Origin: Lingula anatina | Taxonomy: Eukaryota > Animalia > Brachiopoda | Assembly (NCBI GenBank): GCA_051362555.1 | Contig: CM120645.1 | Span: forward strand, 13,392,001-13,456,000 | Direction: 5' to 3' | DNA length: 64,000 nucleotides | Shown: positions 12,948 through 26,475 of the stretch, in pieces | How positions within the stretch are numbered: position 1 is the stretch's first letter | Layout of the letters: every line of letters begins with the position of its first letter | Translations under genes and position numbers: made by a program | Notes under the pieces: generated by a model | What the model was told of the DNA's origin: nothing | The model's input: only the letters and a program-made list of their open reading frames with translations | Database searches by the model: none

Positions 12948-13350
12948 AGATATGAGATATGCATTTTAAAAGTTTACCTATATGTAGCATCAATACACAA
13001 AACAACATTTTATAGATAGGCCTACCCAATGTCCTTATCAGATGTCAACGTCCTATATGGCAAATATTTACTTAAAAGCTTTGTACTTAGATAGTCACAA
13101 GACCGTAAAAAAGGCAAACTCCTTATGTGTTCTTAAATGCTTTAGCAATTTGATGACTTCAATAATTTACAGTAGATTTTGAAAAGGATTTCTATTGTAT
13201 GAAAACCAATAGCAAGGTATAACTCTTGTGTATATTTGTGTCATTAATCGTGCCGTCATTGGTCAGTATTTTTAGATGGCAAGAGTGAACCATAGGTATA
13301 TGTAATTTTATTGCAGATCCTATATATGACTCGCTTTGGCTCATGTTGCC

Positions 13351-14899
13351 ATGGATACGATCAAGTTTATATCAATCGTCTTCCTAATCAGTGTGACCTT
13401 TCAACGAGTGAAAAGCGACGGTTTGTTGCCTTTTGAATAAATTCCTATTTCCTGTCGTTTTTAAAATATATGAGAAAATGGCAAAAAATAGATGCTTCGT
13501 GTTTTACTCGTCTACAAATGTAAGGTTGGAAATATGCACTAGTCAACTTTCCCAGTCTGTTTCCGTGTATTACCGTTTTTCTCTACTAGGATCAATGAAG
13601 CGCTTAAGTAATTAATTCAATAAGATTATTATCAACCACACTTGGTGTTTATTTTATAATTTTACTACATTAAATTTATTTTTGGCATACCATTTTTTCA
13701 TTTGGACCCTTTATATGTGTTCAACGACTATGTTATTTAAGGAAAAGATGTAATAAGAGGCGTGGAAGTACTGGGTTGTAGCACGAGGTTTGACTGCAAC
13801 ATCACCAACGGCGTTTGTTTAGAAGGACTTTGCAGGTGTGATAGAGGCTACTATGCACCAATTGATGCACGAGTTTGTGAAAAAGGTAATAAATAGCAAG
13901 TCAAATGCAACAGAACATTTATCAAATTAGCTCAAGATGTAAAAATAATTTTGAAAATAAAACAATCATGCCGCATAGAGACATACTTAAAAAATGCGAA
14001 AGTACAATTACATGTAGGTCAGACCTTGTCGCCATATGAACTTGCTCGGTAATGTAAATACAAGTTGGTAAGCGCAGGAAAATACGTGTTTAAGCAGCAT
14101 CACACTTAGAATGGCTGGCAGGGTAGGTATCCTTCAGAAAACTTGTCCGACTATACGCGTACAAGCGTATTTTAACCTATAGCGTACATGTAGGTGCAAC
14201 GTGTATGAACGTACGACTATGGAATAAGAGTGTGTGAGTGGCGAATGTGTGTATGCAGGTTAAAGTAACGTAACGTAGGTGTATTTCATTTGAACTACCT
14301 CCTGGATCAGAACCAACCGGTGTTAGAAATGACTATTTCAGTCTTCTCTAGTTTCGTAACCGCTTCACGTCTGCTTTTAATACCTTGACTTTTCACTTAA
14401 ATACATTTAGCATGTGTATTATATTAATTAAAATGTTACTCAGAAATCAAGTCGGTGGTTTGAACGCACAACAATACTTTCGTCTTCCTATAACTCAGTG
14501 AATCAAGAATGAATATATAAAACATAATAATGTTTGAATAAAAAGTGATTAAGTTTTATTGAAATACCATATAATATATTTAAATTTCACATAACTATTG
14601 CCCCAGTTTCTTGTAATTTTCATAGCGTAACTCTATTGTCGTACTTGAATTATCCAAAGATACCTGGGATCTCTCGATAAATTATAGAACAAGTGGTGGG
14701 CACGTTTTGCCAAGATGACACTGACTGTGTGAACGGCACCTCTCAATGGGCGTGTATTGGATATCGGTGCCGCTGTGCAAGTGAAGGATTTTACGCTACA
14801 GAGGGAAGGGACTCCCGCTGCAGGAATAGTAAGTGTGTGTCTCTTATGGGGATTTTTTCTGGCAATGGATTCAATATTTGTTATTTGAAAATTTTGATT

Positions 14900-14957
<58 letters not shown>

Positions 14958-17901
14958 TTTCATTTCCTTTTGTTCCAATAACGTGTAAAATTTACTGTAC
15001 CGAGATTGGGCGATGTCATGAGTGGGATTGTATTATATAAAGTATGTTAAAATGTTCCTTATCTTCGAAAAAGTTAAACTGATGGTTGACGATCATCAAT
15101 GCTACATACACATTTGTTGGAAACTCAGGATGGAATTGATAGCTATATAGTAATGTTTTTTTTAGTTTACATTAAGTCATCATTTATAGAATTACATTTC
15201 TAGCTCGTCCGAAAGTCGGTATGACTTGCAGCATTGACGAGTTCTGTCAGGAAAAGTTACAAACAGAACACAGTCACTGTCAAAAAGCCGAAAGAGAGTC
15301 TCAAGGTGTCTGCAGGTGTACATCACCCTATTATGGAGGCTATGGAGAAAGAAAATGTATTATCAGTAAGTAACCACACTATACACGCTTGGCCAAAAAG
15401 GTTGTTCCACCTCCAATTCCATGTATAGATTTTTTCTTCGCACCATTATTCATGATAAATATGGTATCTGGAATGAAAAGCACTATTTTAAGAGGTGTAC
15501 ATCTGTAAGGCGGTCATTTATAAACAAACAAACAAACAAACAAACATAAAAAACTAAAGGAATCAGTAGTAGGACAACCTTTTAACCAAGGTCTTTACTT
15601 ATGTATGCATTACCAATCTGAGATGTAATCTGAATGTTTTTTATCTAATGTATGAGTAATGTTTGATATTTGGCATATTGGAGTATAATCTATTAATTCA
15701 CCACCTCTGTTTAATTCTGATAGCTTTCATGCAACGTTTTGACAAGATGATGAAGTAGCTTTTAACATACACTCTAATATATTGTAGATAAGGGGATAGG
15801 GATGGTGGGGTGCTTTGGAAGTGAGCTGTGCAACCGGTTCAACACACATCCAGTGAAACTAGTATGTAAAAGAGCCAGTCAATGGGAATTAGGCACCTGT
15901 GTTTGTCCACATGGAACCTATGGGCCACCTGGTTTTTACAATTGCAAAAATGGCAAGTTAACCAACTTTATGACTTTTAAAATCCTTTCGGACTAAATCA
16001 CCAATAAGAATGTTTGAAATAAGTGCCTTAGTGAGTGTCGGAGTGTGGACAAAAATTCAAATGCCATTTCTGAAATTTTAGATATGAATATTGGAATATT
16101 GGAATTTAGAAACAGTGGTTGGCACATTCTGCAACAACACCATTGACGAGTCGCTGTGTGAGTCCGCAATCAATGGCAGCCAGTGTCTGGACGGTAGATG
16201 TCAGTGCAACTTAGGTTTCTACGGGAAAGAAGGAGGGAAAACCTGTACCAACAGTAAGTATATCTTGACAGCCATTAAATACGATATATTCTACATTTTG
16301 AGGCATTTATTTCAATGGTATTTTCACATTGTTTTAATTAATGCCATTGTTTCGTAAAGAGTTGTTGACATACAGTCCCTAAACAGACAAGTAAACGGAA
16401 TAAGGATACTTTTTTCATACATTTCATCACCTACAATGGTCTACTTGCACAAACTTTTCAGTGATGATAATCATTTTCCTTAATTAAAGCTCAAGTCGTA
16501 GGTCTCGAGTGCCGAAATGATACCGACTGTAGCGGAGTGAACAACACCATTTGTGAGAACGACAAATGCTCTTGTCAACGTGGATACTATGCTAAAGAAG
16601 GGGACCCTGTATGCAAGAAGGGTATTTCATCTAACTAAAATATTTTAAATTTATCTCCATATCTGCCAATAAGCAGTGGACTTTAATTTGAATATACAGA
16701 GTTAAACCAGTAGGCTGGGAGCTGGACTCGGTGTATGTTATAAACTGGAGTGTTTTGTTGACTTACAAATCGTTGAGAATCAGGTGCGATAAATACCTGG
16801 ATTCCATGTTAAAATTGTAAGTTATGGTCTGCAGTTTTATTGATTTTTTTCATTTATTGGACTTTGGTATGAAAGTGGTATTTTATTTCATTAACAGTGT
16901 TGCTTGGTTCCCACTGTGCGGTTGGCAATGCGGGCTTCTGTCCAACAGCTGTTAGTAATAGCCACTGTGATTTTGAAACAGACACGTGCGTCTGTGAAAA
17001 AGGTTATTTCAATGAGACGTTGTATGAATGTGTAAAAGGTAAACGACCTTTGTTAACTTTATTCAAGAAATTAAACTTTAATGAAGATGTCCTATGACCA
17101 GTAGCATCTAAATATTTTGGGTGTTGTTAAGATTTTTTAAATTTTATCTGGGGACATAGAAACGCAAGATAAATAATGGGAAGCAGATTTTAAAATATAG
17201 AGACAGTGTAATTGTGCATTATTTTATCTTTTGTTATCAATGCATACTTCTACATGTAAGTTTCACAACACTTTATTTCCTGATATCCATTTCTGTTATA
17301 GTGACCTTAGGAACACACTGCAATGACAGTGCCAAGTGCAGTAATACTATCATGAATAGCACGTGTGATGCCAATATTTGCCAGTGTCAGTCAGGATTCT
17401 ACAACAGGAGCTTGGAGATGTGTGAGAAAGGTAAGCGTGATGAAGATATACAAAGCTGTACAGTGTCTTTATATTCGCCTGTAAATATAGAGACTATTTT
17501 CTACTTGTGACGACACACTATTTGAAATTAAATGATTTGGGTTTCTAATCTGAGGAATGTTCCCCAGGTAGTTCAGGAATAAAGTAGGGTTTTTCAAGGG
17601 ATGTGTTTTTAAAAGGTGTTAAAAGGTCTACATTCTTTGATGGAAATTAATGTGTTAACGCATTTAAGAAACTTTTAGTGCAGTTTTAAGTTTCTTTATT
17701 TCAGTCGTGTTAGGGTCACCTTGCTCCGCTGACGGTACATGTGCTGGTGTACCAAATTCTGAGTGTTTGAGAGGAAGATGCGAATGTGATACGACAGCTT
17801 ACCGCCACGATGAAACAGACACTTGTAGTGAGTAATTTGCCTTTTACTCTCTGGCATAATAAAGCACTCTAGGTTGCAAGAACGAGAAATACAATATTGA
17901 A

Positions 17902-17956
<55 letters not shown>

Positions 17957-20900
17957 ATCGTTTAACAAAATGTATGGTTTTGTTTTATTTAGAGCCCAAG
18001 AAGGACCTGGGAGAACATTGCGATGGAGACGGAGAACAAGAATGTAGAACGCCGAACGCATCCTGCATTGCGGGCAGCTGTAGTTGTCTGCTTGGCTTCT
18101 ATAAACACAAACCAAATGCAACGTCACCGTGGACTTGTTGTAAGATGAAATGCTATCCGCTTTCTTCACGAATATTCATGTATCAACAATTTGGTCAAAT
18201 CAATGTATCTTTAGTCAGCATACATCTTTAAGATGCTTTTCTTTTCTGGTAGATGACAGTTAAAGAAATAACCTTTTTTTTTTCATTGATGCCATGATGT
18301 TATTTTCAATTCAGTGCCCAAATCCCTTGTCGGACAGAACTGCACTTCTGAACACGGCTATGACGTATGCAACGACACCAATGCTGCCTGTAACGGCGGT
18401 GTATGTACTTGTAACACAGGGTTTGCAAGGAGGGAGGATATTTGCGGTGAGAAAAAGTCATTCAATAAGTCAGCGTGTATGTCTTAGTAATTTACGAGGT
18501 ACATTTGTGACTTGTTTTCGTCCTTCTCGTTGTTAAATTGTGTAAAATTTCTAATGATTGATTTTGCAGTTTCTAAGGTTGACTTCAACCAGTCTTGTGA
18601 AACGACAGAAGAGTGTTTAGATATAGACGCTGTATGCATTAACAGCACGTGCGATTGCAAGAACGGCACGTACTTGGTCAGCGGTCTACATTTGTACTGC
18701 AGTAAGTTTATGTATAAAGTCCTTTTTGTTAACTAAGTAACTTTTTAATGATATGTGCATTAGTGTATGTTTTAAATTAGACATTTAAATTATAAATGTA
18801 GTTGTTATAATCAGGCTAAAACATCCCCATGCCATCTGCATACAGACATTCCCCCTTCAGAATGTGGTCAAAAGCGTCTTTAACCCAGCAATGAGTGTTG
18901 AAGCTACACGATCTGATGAGCTTTCCTGGAAATGAAAAGAGTATTCCTATTCCAAGAACATTTAGAAAGTAATTATCTGCATATTTGTTTTACAGTTCTG
19001 ATTTTTATCCACTCCAGTAATAATGGAGATGGAAACTGGATTTTTTTGCGTGATGCTAAAGGCAGAAATTCAAAACCCCAGAAACGGGTTATAAATCTTA
19101 ATTTTCTCAGCGTTTTTTTATAGAATATACGCTAGGGATTCGAGTTGGACGCCTTTTAATATATAACAGTATAACTTATAGTGATACTGCTTTAATTGAT
19201 ATGATTATTGATGTTTTATTATCTCTTGAAGGGCCGCTTGTGAATCTCAACAAACCGTGCCCATCAAACAGACTTGGTGTGTGCAAAGACACAAATGCGG
19301 TGTGTATCGATGGGCGATGCAAATGCCAACTTTCTTTTTACGCAAAAGATGGTAACATATGTGGTAAGTTGCAAATGGTGGCAATATTTGTTTTCTCTGA
19401 TTATATTTTTCTTTATTACATCTAAAGGGACAAAAGGTGTGTGAAATATTGTATGCATGATGTTATGCGATAATCTGAATGCCCTATGATGTTTTTGGAT
19501 ATATTTTGATAACACAAAGTGAAGTGCTGTGGCAATGCATAGTGCAATGCATTGTACGAATGTAAGTTTGGTTTTATATCACCTTTTTATATAGAGCATA
19601 TGTCAGATTCTTGGAAACTTATCACATCAAAAATGAGGCCATTATATATTTACTGCAGATGGATTGGTAAGTACTATTGCAATATTGTGAATTTTTGAGG
19701 AAAATATGTAAAACATAAAACAAACAAAATAAATAAAATATATAAAAACAGAAAAAAATAAGTAGTTCTACTACTACGAACATTTTTTCAGTATCTAAGA
19801 AGCCCTTGGGTGCCACCTGTAAGAACACATTGGAATGTAAAATACAACACAGCGTATGTAATACGTCTAACATATGTGCGTGTGACCGTTCTTTCGTCGA
19901 AGACGAGGGCATCTGTGGTAAGAAAAAAAAACGTCTACTATAGTTACACGTCTATTATCAAAATCATTGGCTCAATTGTAGTAGCTGTGACACAAAGAGA
20001 TAATCGAGTTTAAGAAATCATAAGGAAAAGCTGTTCCATCTCAATATCTGTTTTAATAAAAGCAAACATTTTATATCTATAAAAGCTTGTATTTCATAAT
20101 AATTCATATGAGTTTAATTTGCCATCAGTGTCGTCTGGAAAGCAAGCAGCACTGGGCGAGGCCTGTACAAGGATAGTTACATGTAACACGACTAATGCGA
20201 CGTGTAACAACGATACCAAACGGTGCGAATGCGTGAACGGATATTTCCAGCAACAAAATAAATGCGGTAAGCATGCATTTTTTTCACACTAAGTGTATGC
20301 ATTTACTAAGTAAATGCTTTTTTCATTCATACAAAAGACTATAACTTTATGCAGTGTTTTCCCACGTACCACAAAGTGTAATTCACAAAAGAAAGGGCGA
20401 TGAATGATATAATACGTTCGAACATGCGTTACAGTCAAAGCATTTTTGACCATTTTAAGTGGCAGTGAATAAGAGTCTGCAGTTCCTACAATGCAGTTTA
20501 ACAGCGTTGAAATATCTGAATAATACATTTGCTCGTTCGGTAAGGTACTTATATAAATTATATTTCAGTTGAGAAGAAACAGATTCGGGAAAACTGTACC
20601 GATGATAACCAATGTAAAGACCAGAATTCTTCCTGCCTTGGCACTTGTCGATGTAATGAATATTATTTTTTCAACATCAGTAGCAGGCATTGTGGTAAGT
20701 CGTTTCTGCGTTTATATTTTATGGTTGTATTTAATTAATACTTTAACATTTTCATTTTGCTAAATAATATTCTGGAGAATATTACAACAACCAGAAAATA
20801 AAGGGCAGGTTAATCTTTCGTTACATCTTTAGAACAGAAGAAAGGGTTGGAAATGTTTTGCAATGCTGAGCAGCAGTGTCGTCCAAATGGCTCGGTGTGC

Positions 20901-21046
20901 CATAACAATAAATGTCAATGTGATACAGAGAAATACTTTCCCGATGCCAGTGGATGTGGTGAGTAGAAATCTTATTCCATGCAGTGTTAAATGAGTCGTC
21001 AGTTTGGGGGGGGGGGGGGTGTAGGGGGAATATCTAGTACTGTAGA

Positions 21047-21110
<64 letters not shown>

Positions 21111-23726
21111 GTGCATGTACTTGTATGTAATAAATGCAAAAACGTATACGGCATTCGTAAAAATATTATAAATGTGCCGGTATGTGTACCGATGATGAGA
21201 TTTTTTTTATCTTATGATTTAGGACTTATTTATTCTCACTACTACAATGATTGAAAAGAGCATTTTGCATATGTATTATTACGGATCCACCCAAAAGGGC
21301 AACCTACAGTAATCGTTACCGTTTACCTCTGAATTAATAGACTGTAATAATTTAACCTTTGAGGGGATATTCTTTACATTGTTCCACAGAGGCAAAGATA
21401 GAACTTGGGAAAACATGCGACTTTACAAAAGGAAGTAATCGATGTAAACTCAACTCCACTGTGTGTGATGAAGAGACAGGGAAGTGCCAGTGTGACGGTG
21501 GTCATTACCAATATGGCACACACATGTGTGGTAAGAAACGACCTTAGATAAATTTAGATGAAACATTTAAAAAACTTGTATATTTTATATTGCGTTGAAT
21601 GTGCTTACAGATGGAAAAATCTATAAACCTATTACATTTAAACCGTGCAGTAAAAGTATTACTCATTATAACTTTTACCATTATACATTTTTATTAAGTT
21701 GAGTGAAAATGCTTTGATGTGAAAACGGCTATGAGCTGCAGTATAATTACAGAACCGAAACAACAAATCAACGGTACCTGTCGGGACGCGAGCCACTGTA
21801 TTGATCCGAATGCAATCTGTGTACACTCGCGATGCGCTTGTGAGGAACAATATTTTTATGACGAAACTACAGGAAAGTGCGGTACGTAAGCGCTGTTCTT
21901 AGCCTATTCCTCACTAGCCCAATCTCTCTCTTTCTGGGTGGGATATTTTATATTCGTGTGAGTGTGTGTGCGTGCGTGTGTGTGACTTTGAGTGATACAG
22001 CGTGTCTTTATCGTTATTTGCTTAAAAATATTGCTTCATAAAAAATGATAGTAATAATAATTATCATTTTTAGACTTAAAGAAACTTCTTGGCTCATCCT
22101 GCACCAAGGACATTGCGTGTAAGACTCCCAATGCGACATGTAAAAATGGGAAATGCACCTGCAAAGCAGGCTTGATGCCTATAGTATCTGGAGTTTGTGG
22201 TAAGCCTTTTACTTGGATTTTGAATTAAGTAGACGTATCTTTTTTTTGTATAAAATGTTATAGCTATCAGTTTCCATTTCCGTATATTTATTTACAATAT
22301 TTGAATTTATGAATCAAATCTTGTAATTTTTTTCAAATGGATTGGCTTGTATTGTCGTAGTGATTAACGATTTACAGAAATCCAGTTTTACACAAATGTC
22401 ATCATAATCACCAAATTGCATTTGACAGACTTTTTGCCAAAATTATTTTCGAAAGAAAACTATGGCCCATGTTCCTGACTTCGATTTCTGCTGCTGGCAG
22501 TGTTTCTACATCTGTTTTGTAGTGAATGAAGACCCGTGTGAGGTACCACCCACGTGCGCTAATGGAGCCACTTGCGTGGCGATGGGCGAGCGAGATCGCC
22601 GTTGTCAATGTAAACTAGGATTTAAGGGAGAAACATGTGACATAGGTGGATCATTTTCTCACTCTTTCTCAAGTCAATTAAGGAAAAATGAAATCCAGAT
22701 TATCTTTTAAGTTCTTTTCAGTTTAAAAAATCTGCAAATACATTTTGGCTCAAATGAATTTTGATTTAAAGTTTCTTGGAAGATTGCACGTTTATTTATT
22801 CTAGTAATGGCTTACTGAGAGAACATGAAGTTGTCAGTGTTAAGTTAACCCCACGTTCAGTATCAATGACCTTTTTTAATCCAGAGGTACCAGATCCATG
22901 TATACGTCAGCCATGTAAAAACGCTGGAACATGTGTGAGGACCTCTAACTATAACTACACGTGCTCGTGTACGGAAGACTTCGCTGGGAGACACTGCGAA
23001 GATGGTAGCTGTATTTGGGGTTTTATATGCTTTCTTCCTTTTTATATAGAGAGATGATATAAGCATACATTTGGAATTGGAAATTTACTCAAATTTGGGC
23101 AATTTTCTCTTGTTTATATTAAAGATGAAAGAAAAAATGGCTCATTATGGAAAAAAATATGCAACGGTATTGTGCTGTATTTTTGCCTTAGGGGCATAAA
23201 GGGGTAAGCATTAAATAGTGTATCTGCAAATGCATGTATGTTGTAAAAAGAGAAGAAGTACAAAATACACCTGTTGCATTTCTCTGCAGAGATGTACTAC
23301 GTTGAGATAAATGCAATTGCTTGATGATTTTCCACTAAATAATTTTCAGGGGTAAGTATATTTCAAAACTCACTCAGCATCGACACAACAGCAATGAAAT
23401 GGAAGGCCGAATATGAAAACACGTCTTCCCAGGCCTTCAAAGATGTGGCTGATACTATATGCGGCGCAGTAAGTACAATTTAGAGGTTCCAGATCAAAAT
23501 GGGAATCTAAAGCTCTATGTATGTTTTCTTTATTAGTGAGCATAAATGATTCTGTGATACTGCTGGCCGCTTGTGCATTTTTAACTAAATAAACCAAAGA
23601 AACTGCATCAATTCGAGTATTGGATCGTACTTAAAGTTTCAGTACATCCGAATGACTGTTATCATGTACGTAAAAAGTAGGACTGTTTCTGTCACTCTAT
23701 AAGTAATATATTATTATATATATTAT

Positions 23727-23778
<52 letters not shown>

Positions 23779-25270
23779 TAATCGAAAACCGTAAGTTGTT
23801 CAGTAGGCTTTACGACAACTTGAATGAAAAATAAAAAAGGCTAGTAAAAGAAAAAAAATATAAAAAAAACAGATGTAGAAATTTAAAATGGAACTTCATC
23901 ACTAGGTGGGCAAGGTGTACAAGAAAGGCGATCTACGAGATACCTATGACAGATGTGAAGTTATCAAATTGTCCAAGGGCAGCATAAAGGGCGACTATAA
24001 AGTATACTTCAAAACAAACGCGGGTGCTATTGTAACGGAAAATGCAGTGACAACAGCCTTCAACCAAACGATTGTGAAAGAATCTCTAAGTGAATCTTTG
24101 CACGTTCATGCGTCTGACTTGGTTTTAGTAGAGGGTGATTTTAAAGGTAGTTTTAAAAATAAAGTTACCGATTTTACTATCCATAAATGCACACAAACGC
24201 AAACGTATAGAAACATGAACTTAAGTATTGTATATCGCACAATTGAGCGTTCTCTGCATTTTATTCCTGAAATATATTAAGACAATTAAATTTTTTGTTT
24301 CGTTATATAATTTATTAGATATTATATACACGAATTTTCATGTGCATGTATACCTGGCATAAGGATCAATACATTCGCGCATTCAATTCAGCGTTCGACG
24401 TCTGTGCTAATGGTAAACACAGTTGCTCTCCATATGCTGACTGCAAGCATCAAGCGACTTATGGAACGTACACCTGTCACTGCAGAGAGGGGTTTGAAGA
24501 TGACAGTGTTGAACAAAAGGGACGTATTTGTACAGGTATGTGGTCATTTTCTTTGATATATCTCATTATTGTATCGTATTATTTTACCCCAGATGGTATT
24601 CATCTGCACGTTTGTATTGCTTTATGTTTCAAGTATTTTCACTAAAATGCTTAAGTTTCCTGAAGCACGGTGGCGCACTGACTCACGGAAATGAGCTTTT
24701 TTACGTAAAGTGTAACTAAAACGTTGAGATTTATACATGACTCTGGTCAATATAGAAGCTTATGTTTTATTCGTATTTCTGTTTAGGATTATGCCCAGTC
24801 TGTATGAACGGAGGAATTTGTCAGAGAGTCGTAGGGAACCTATCGTCTTGCAGGTGAGACACAAAACGACACGTACGTCAATGAATAATTGGTATATCTG
24901 ATACAAAAACAAAGCACCGCTTTGTCTTTAGTTTTAATTTGGAGAAGGGGAATATTACTGTTCCATAATGCGCACGCCCTGTTTAGTTGCATGGCAGATC
25001 TAGGACTATTTTAATGCAAAGCCCCCCCCCCCCCCCCCGTTCTATAGTTAGAAAAGAAACAGAATATTTTCTAATCTGATTTATTTGGATTTCTCCCACA
25101 GGTGCATAGATGATTTCACAGGCCCAAACTGCAATGGACCACAAGGTAAGGACGTGGGTGATATCACTTCTTCTTGCGATTTTAAAAAGAATTACACAAA
25201 TGGTGGATTATGGGTTGATTGACAGTATTTCAAACTTACTCAATATCACAGCTATTCAAAAACCACCCTC

Positions 25271-25328
<58 letters not shown>

Positions 25329-26475
25329 CCTTGTACTCTCTATATAAATTATCGTTCAGGCACTCAATGAGCAGATGTTTTACCTTACCTTTATTTTGAA
25401 GATGTTTGTTTCAGGCTTATTTGTATTATGTCTCTGATTTTCAAGCTCTGAAAGGATGGCGTCTTGCTTCAATTTCGGTCGGCGGTTCGGTGGGGGCTGT
25501 TCTTGTTGTAATCGTTGCGGTATTCGCCGGTCTCACTTACAAAACTAGACGTAGTCTTCACAAGTATAAGGAGACCCTGCTTCACTCTAAGTCAGAGACA
25601 AACCTAGAGACCCCCGACGAGTCCCCGTCCAGTAGCCATGGGATGGTGAGGGAAACGCTTCCTAGCACACACGGAGAACAAATCTATCATGGTAGAGCAG
25701 GCGAACATGAAGACCCGGAGGTACGGATGGCGGTGATACAGAGAGCCGTTGATGCAGCACCAGATATCGTAAGCGAGAGAAGAAAGAATGGCTGTTTCCC
25801 TTTTATTTTTATAACCAAGAAACATTTATTTTAAATTAATGAACATGTGCTATCTTTCAGCTATAATGTACGTGTTTTATTCTTATTATCGGAAGTGTTA
25901 ATGTGGGGAAGTAATCCATGTCCCCTATAAAAAGCACACTCCATGCACATAGAATACCCTTAAAATGTTACATATATCTAAATGAAGCTGATATACGAAA
26001 GTCTAATTTATAGAACTGGGCCTTGGCCAAAAGGATCAAGCGAACATCAAAGCGCGATGCTGGGGAGGAACAGTACGAAAGGCTACAATCCCAGCGCACA
26101 AGTCATTATTACGAGGTGCATACAATTTACCTTCATTGTTTTATTCATTTTATATATCTTATTTATGTTTTATTTATTCAGTGAGTGATATAATTTTTGA
26201 TAAAGACAATAGAGAACCGTTAAAACGAATATTTCCTTTCAAAATGTCAATATTCTAGGGGAGCATATAAAATTCTCTTGGTATTGAATTTTTTTCTTAG
26301 CAGCGCAACAAAGCCGTTTGTTTAAAAAAAAAAATATAACCGACGCGTTAAATGTTTTCAGATGGGTGAAAAACGCCAAGACACCAGATTCCATAATAGA
26401 GGCAGGGCTCCCCAAAATGTGTTTTTCCACACTGAAAACCCTGTATACTCCAGTTATAGAGGAGATGGGCAATAA
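13351..26475 (+). CDS. Type I membrane protein, ~1,396 aa: signal peptide, 20 EB/EGF-like six-Cys modules, 2 EGF, SEA, EGF, EGF, TM, Tyr-motif cytoplasmic tail
   Basis: 31 coding exons that splice in frame: 13351-13420; 13742-13885; 14688-14828; 15204-15365; 15788-15952 (GC donor); 16110-16253; 16490-16621; 16898-17038; 17302-17430; 17705-17827; 17993-18139; 18315-18446; 18570-18701; 19232-19363; 19792-19917; 20129-20266; 20569-20694; 20833-20958; 21390-21530; 21753-21881; 22074-22199; EGF 22523-22645 and 22885-23004; SEA 23350-23468 and 23906-24134 (or 24146); EGF 24392-24535; split EGF 24787-24853 plus 25102-25145; TM exon 25446-25768 (LASISVGGSVGAVLVVIVAVFAGLTY-KTRR); tail 26014-26115 and 26362-26475 (TAA). 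Many N-x-S/T sequons. Confidence 0.85.
14902..14955. repeat. (TA)n microsatellite; further tracts at ~17904-17953, 21047-21107, 23725-23770, 25274-25326, 56072-56129 and 62459-62488
   Basis: Directly visible. These tracts produce the spurious YIYIYI ORFs. Confidence 0.95.
19429..19561 (+). pseudogene. Probable decayed EB exon between modules 13 and 14 of copy 2
   Basis: AAAG acceptor, then ...LCDNLNAL* (compare CKDTNAVC; TGT>TGA), further Cys codons and a GTAAGT donor at 19562. About 133 nt, like the live exons, with in-frame stops. Confidence 0.4.

Noticed and set aside
19595-19666. Open 72-nt AG...GTAAGT segment that would preserve frame
   Set aside because: It has no Cys pattern or similarity to the other modules and could be chance. 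It needs junction reads.
17696-21254. ORFs containing YIYIYI runs (17696-18169, 20829-21116, 20991-21254; also 25110 and 56055)
   Set aside because: These are translations of (TA)n microsatellites.
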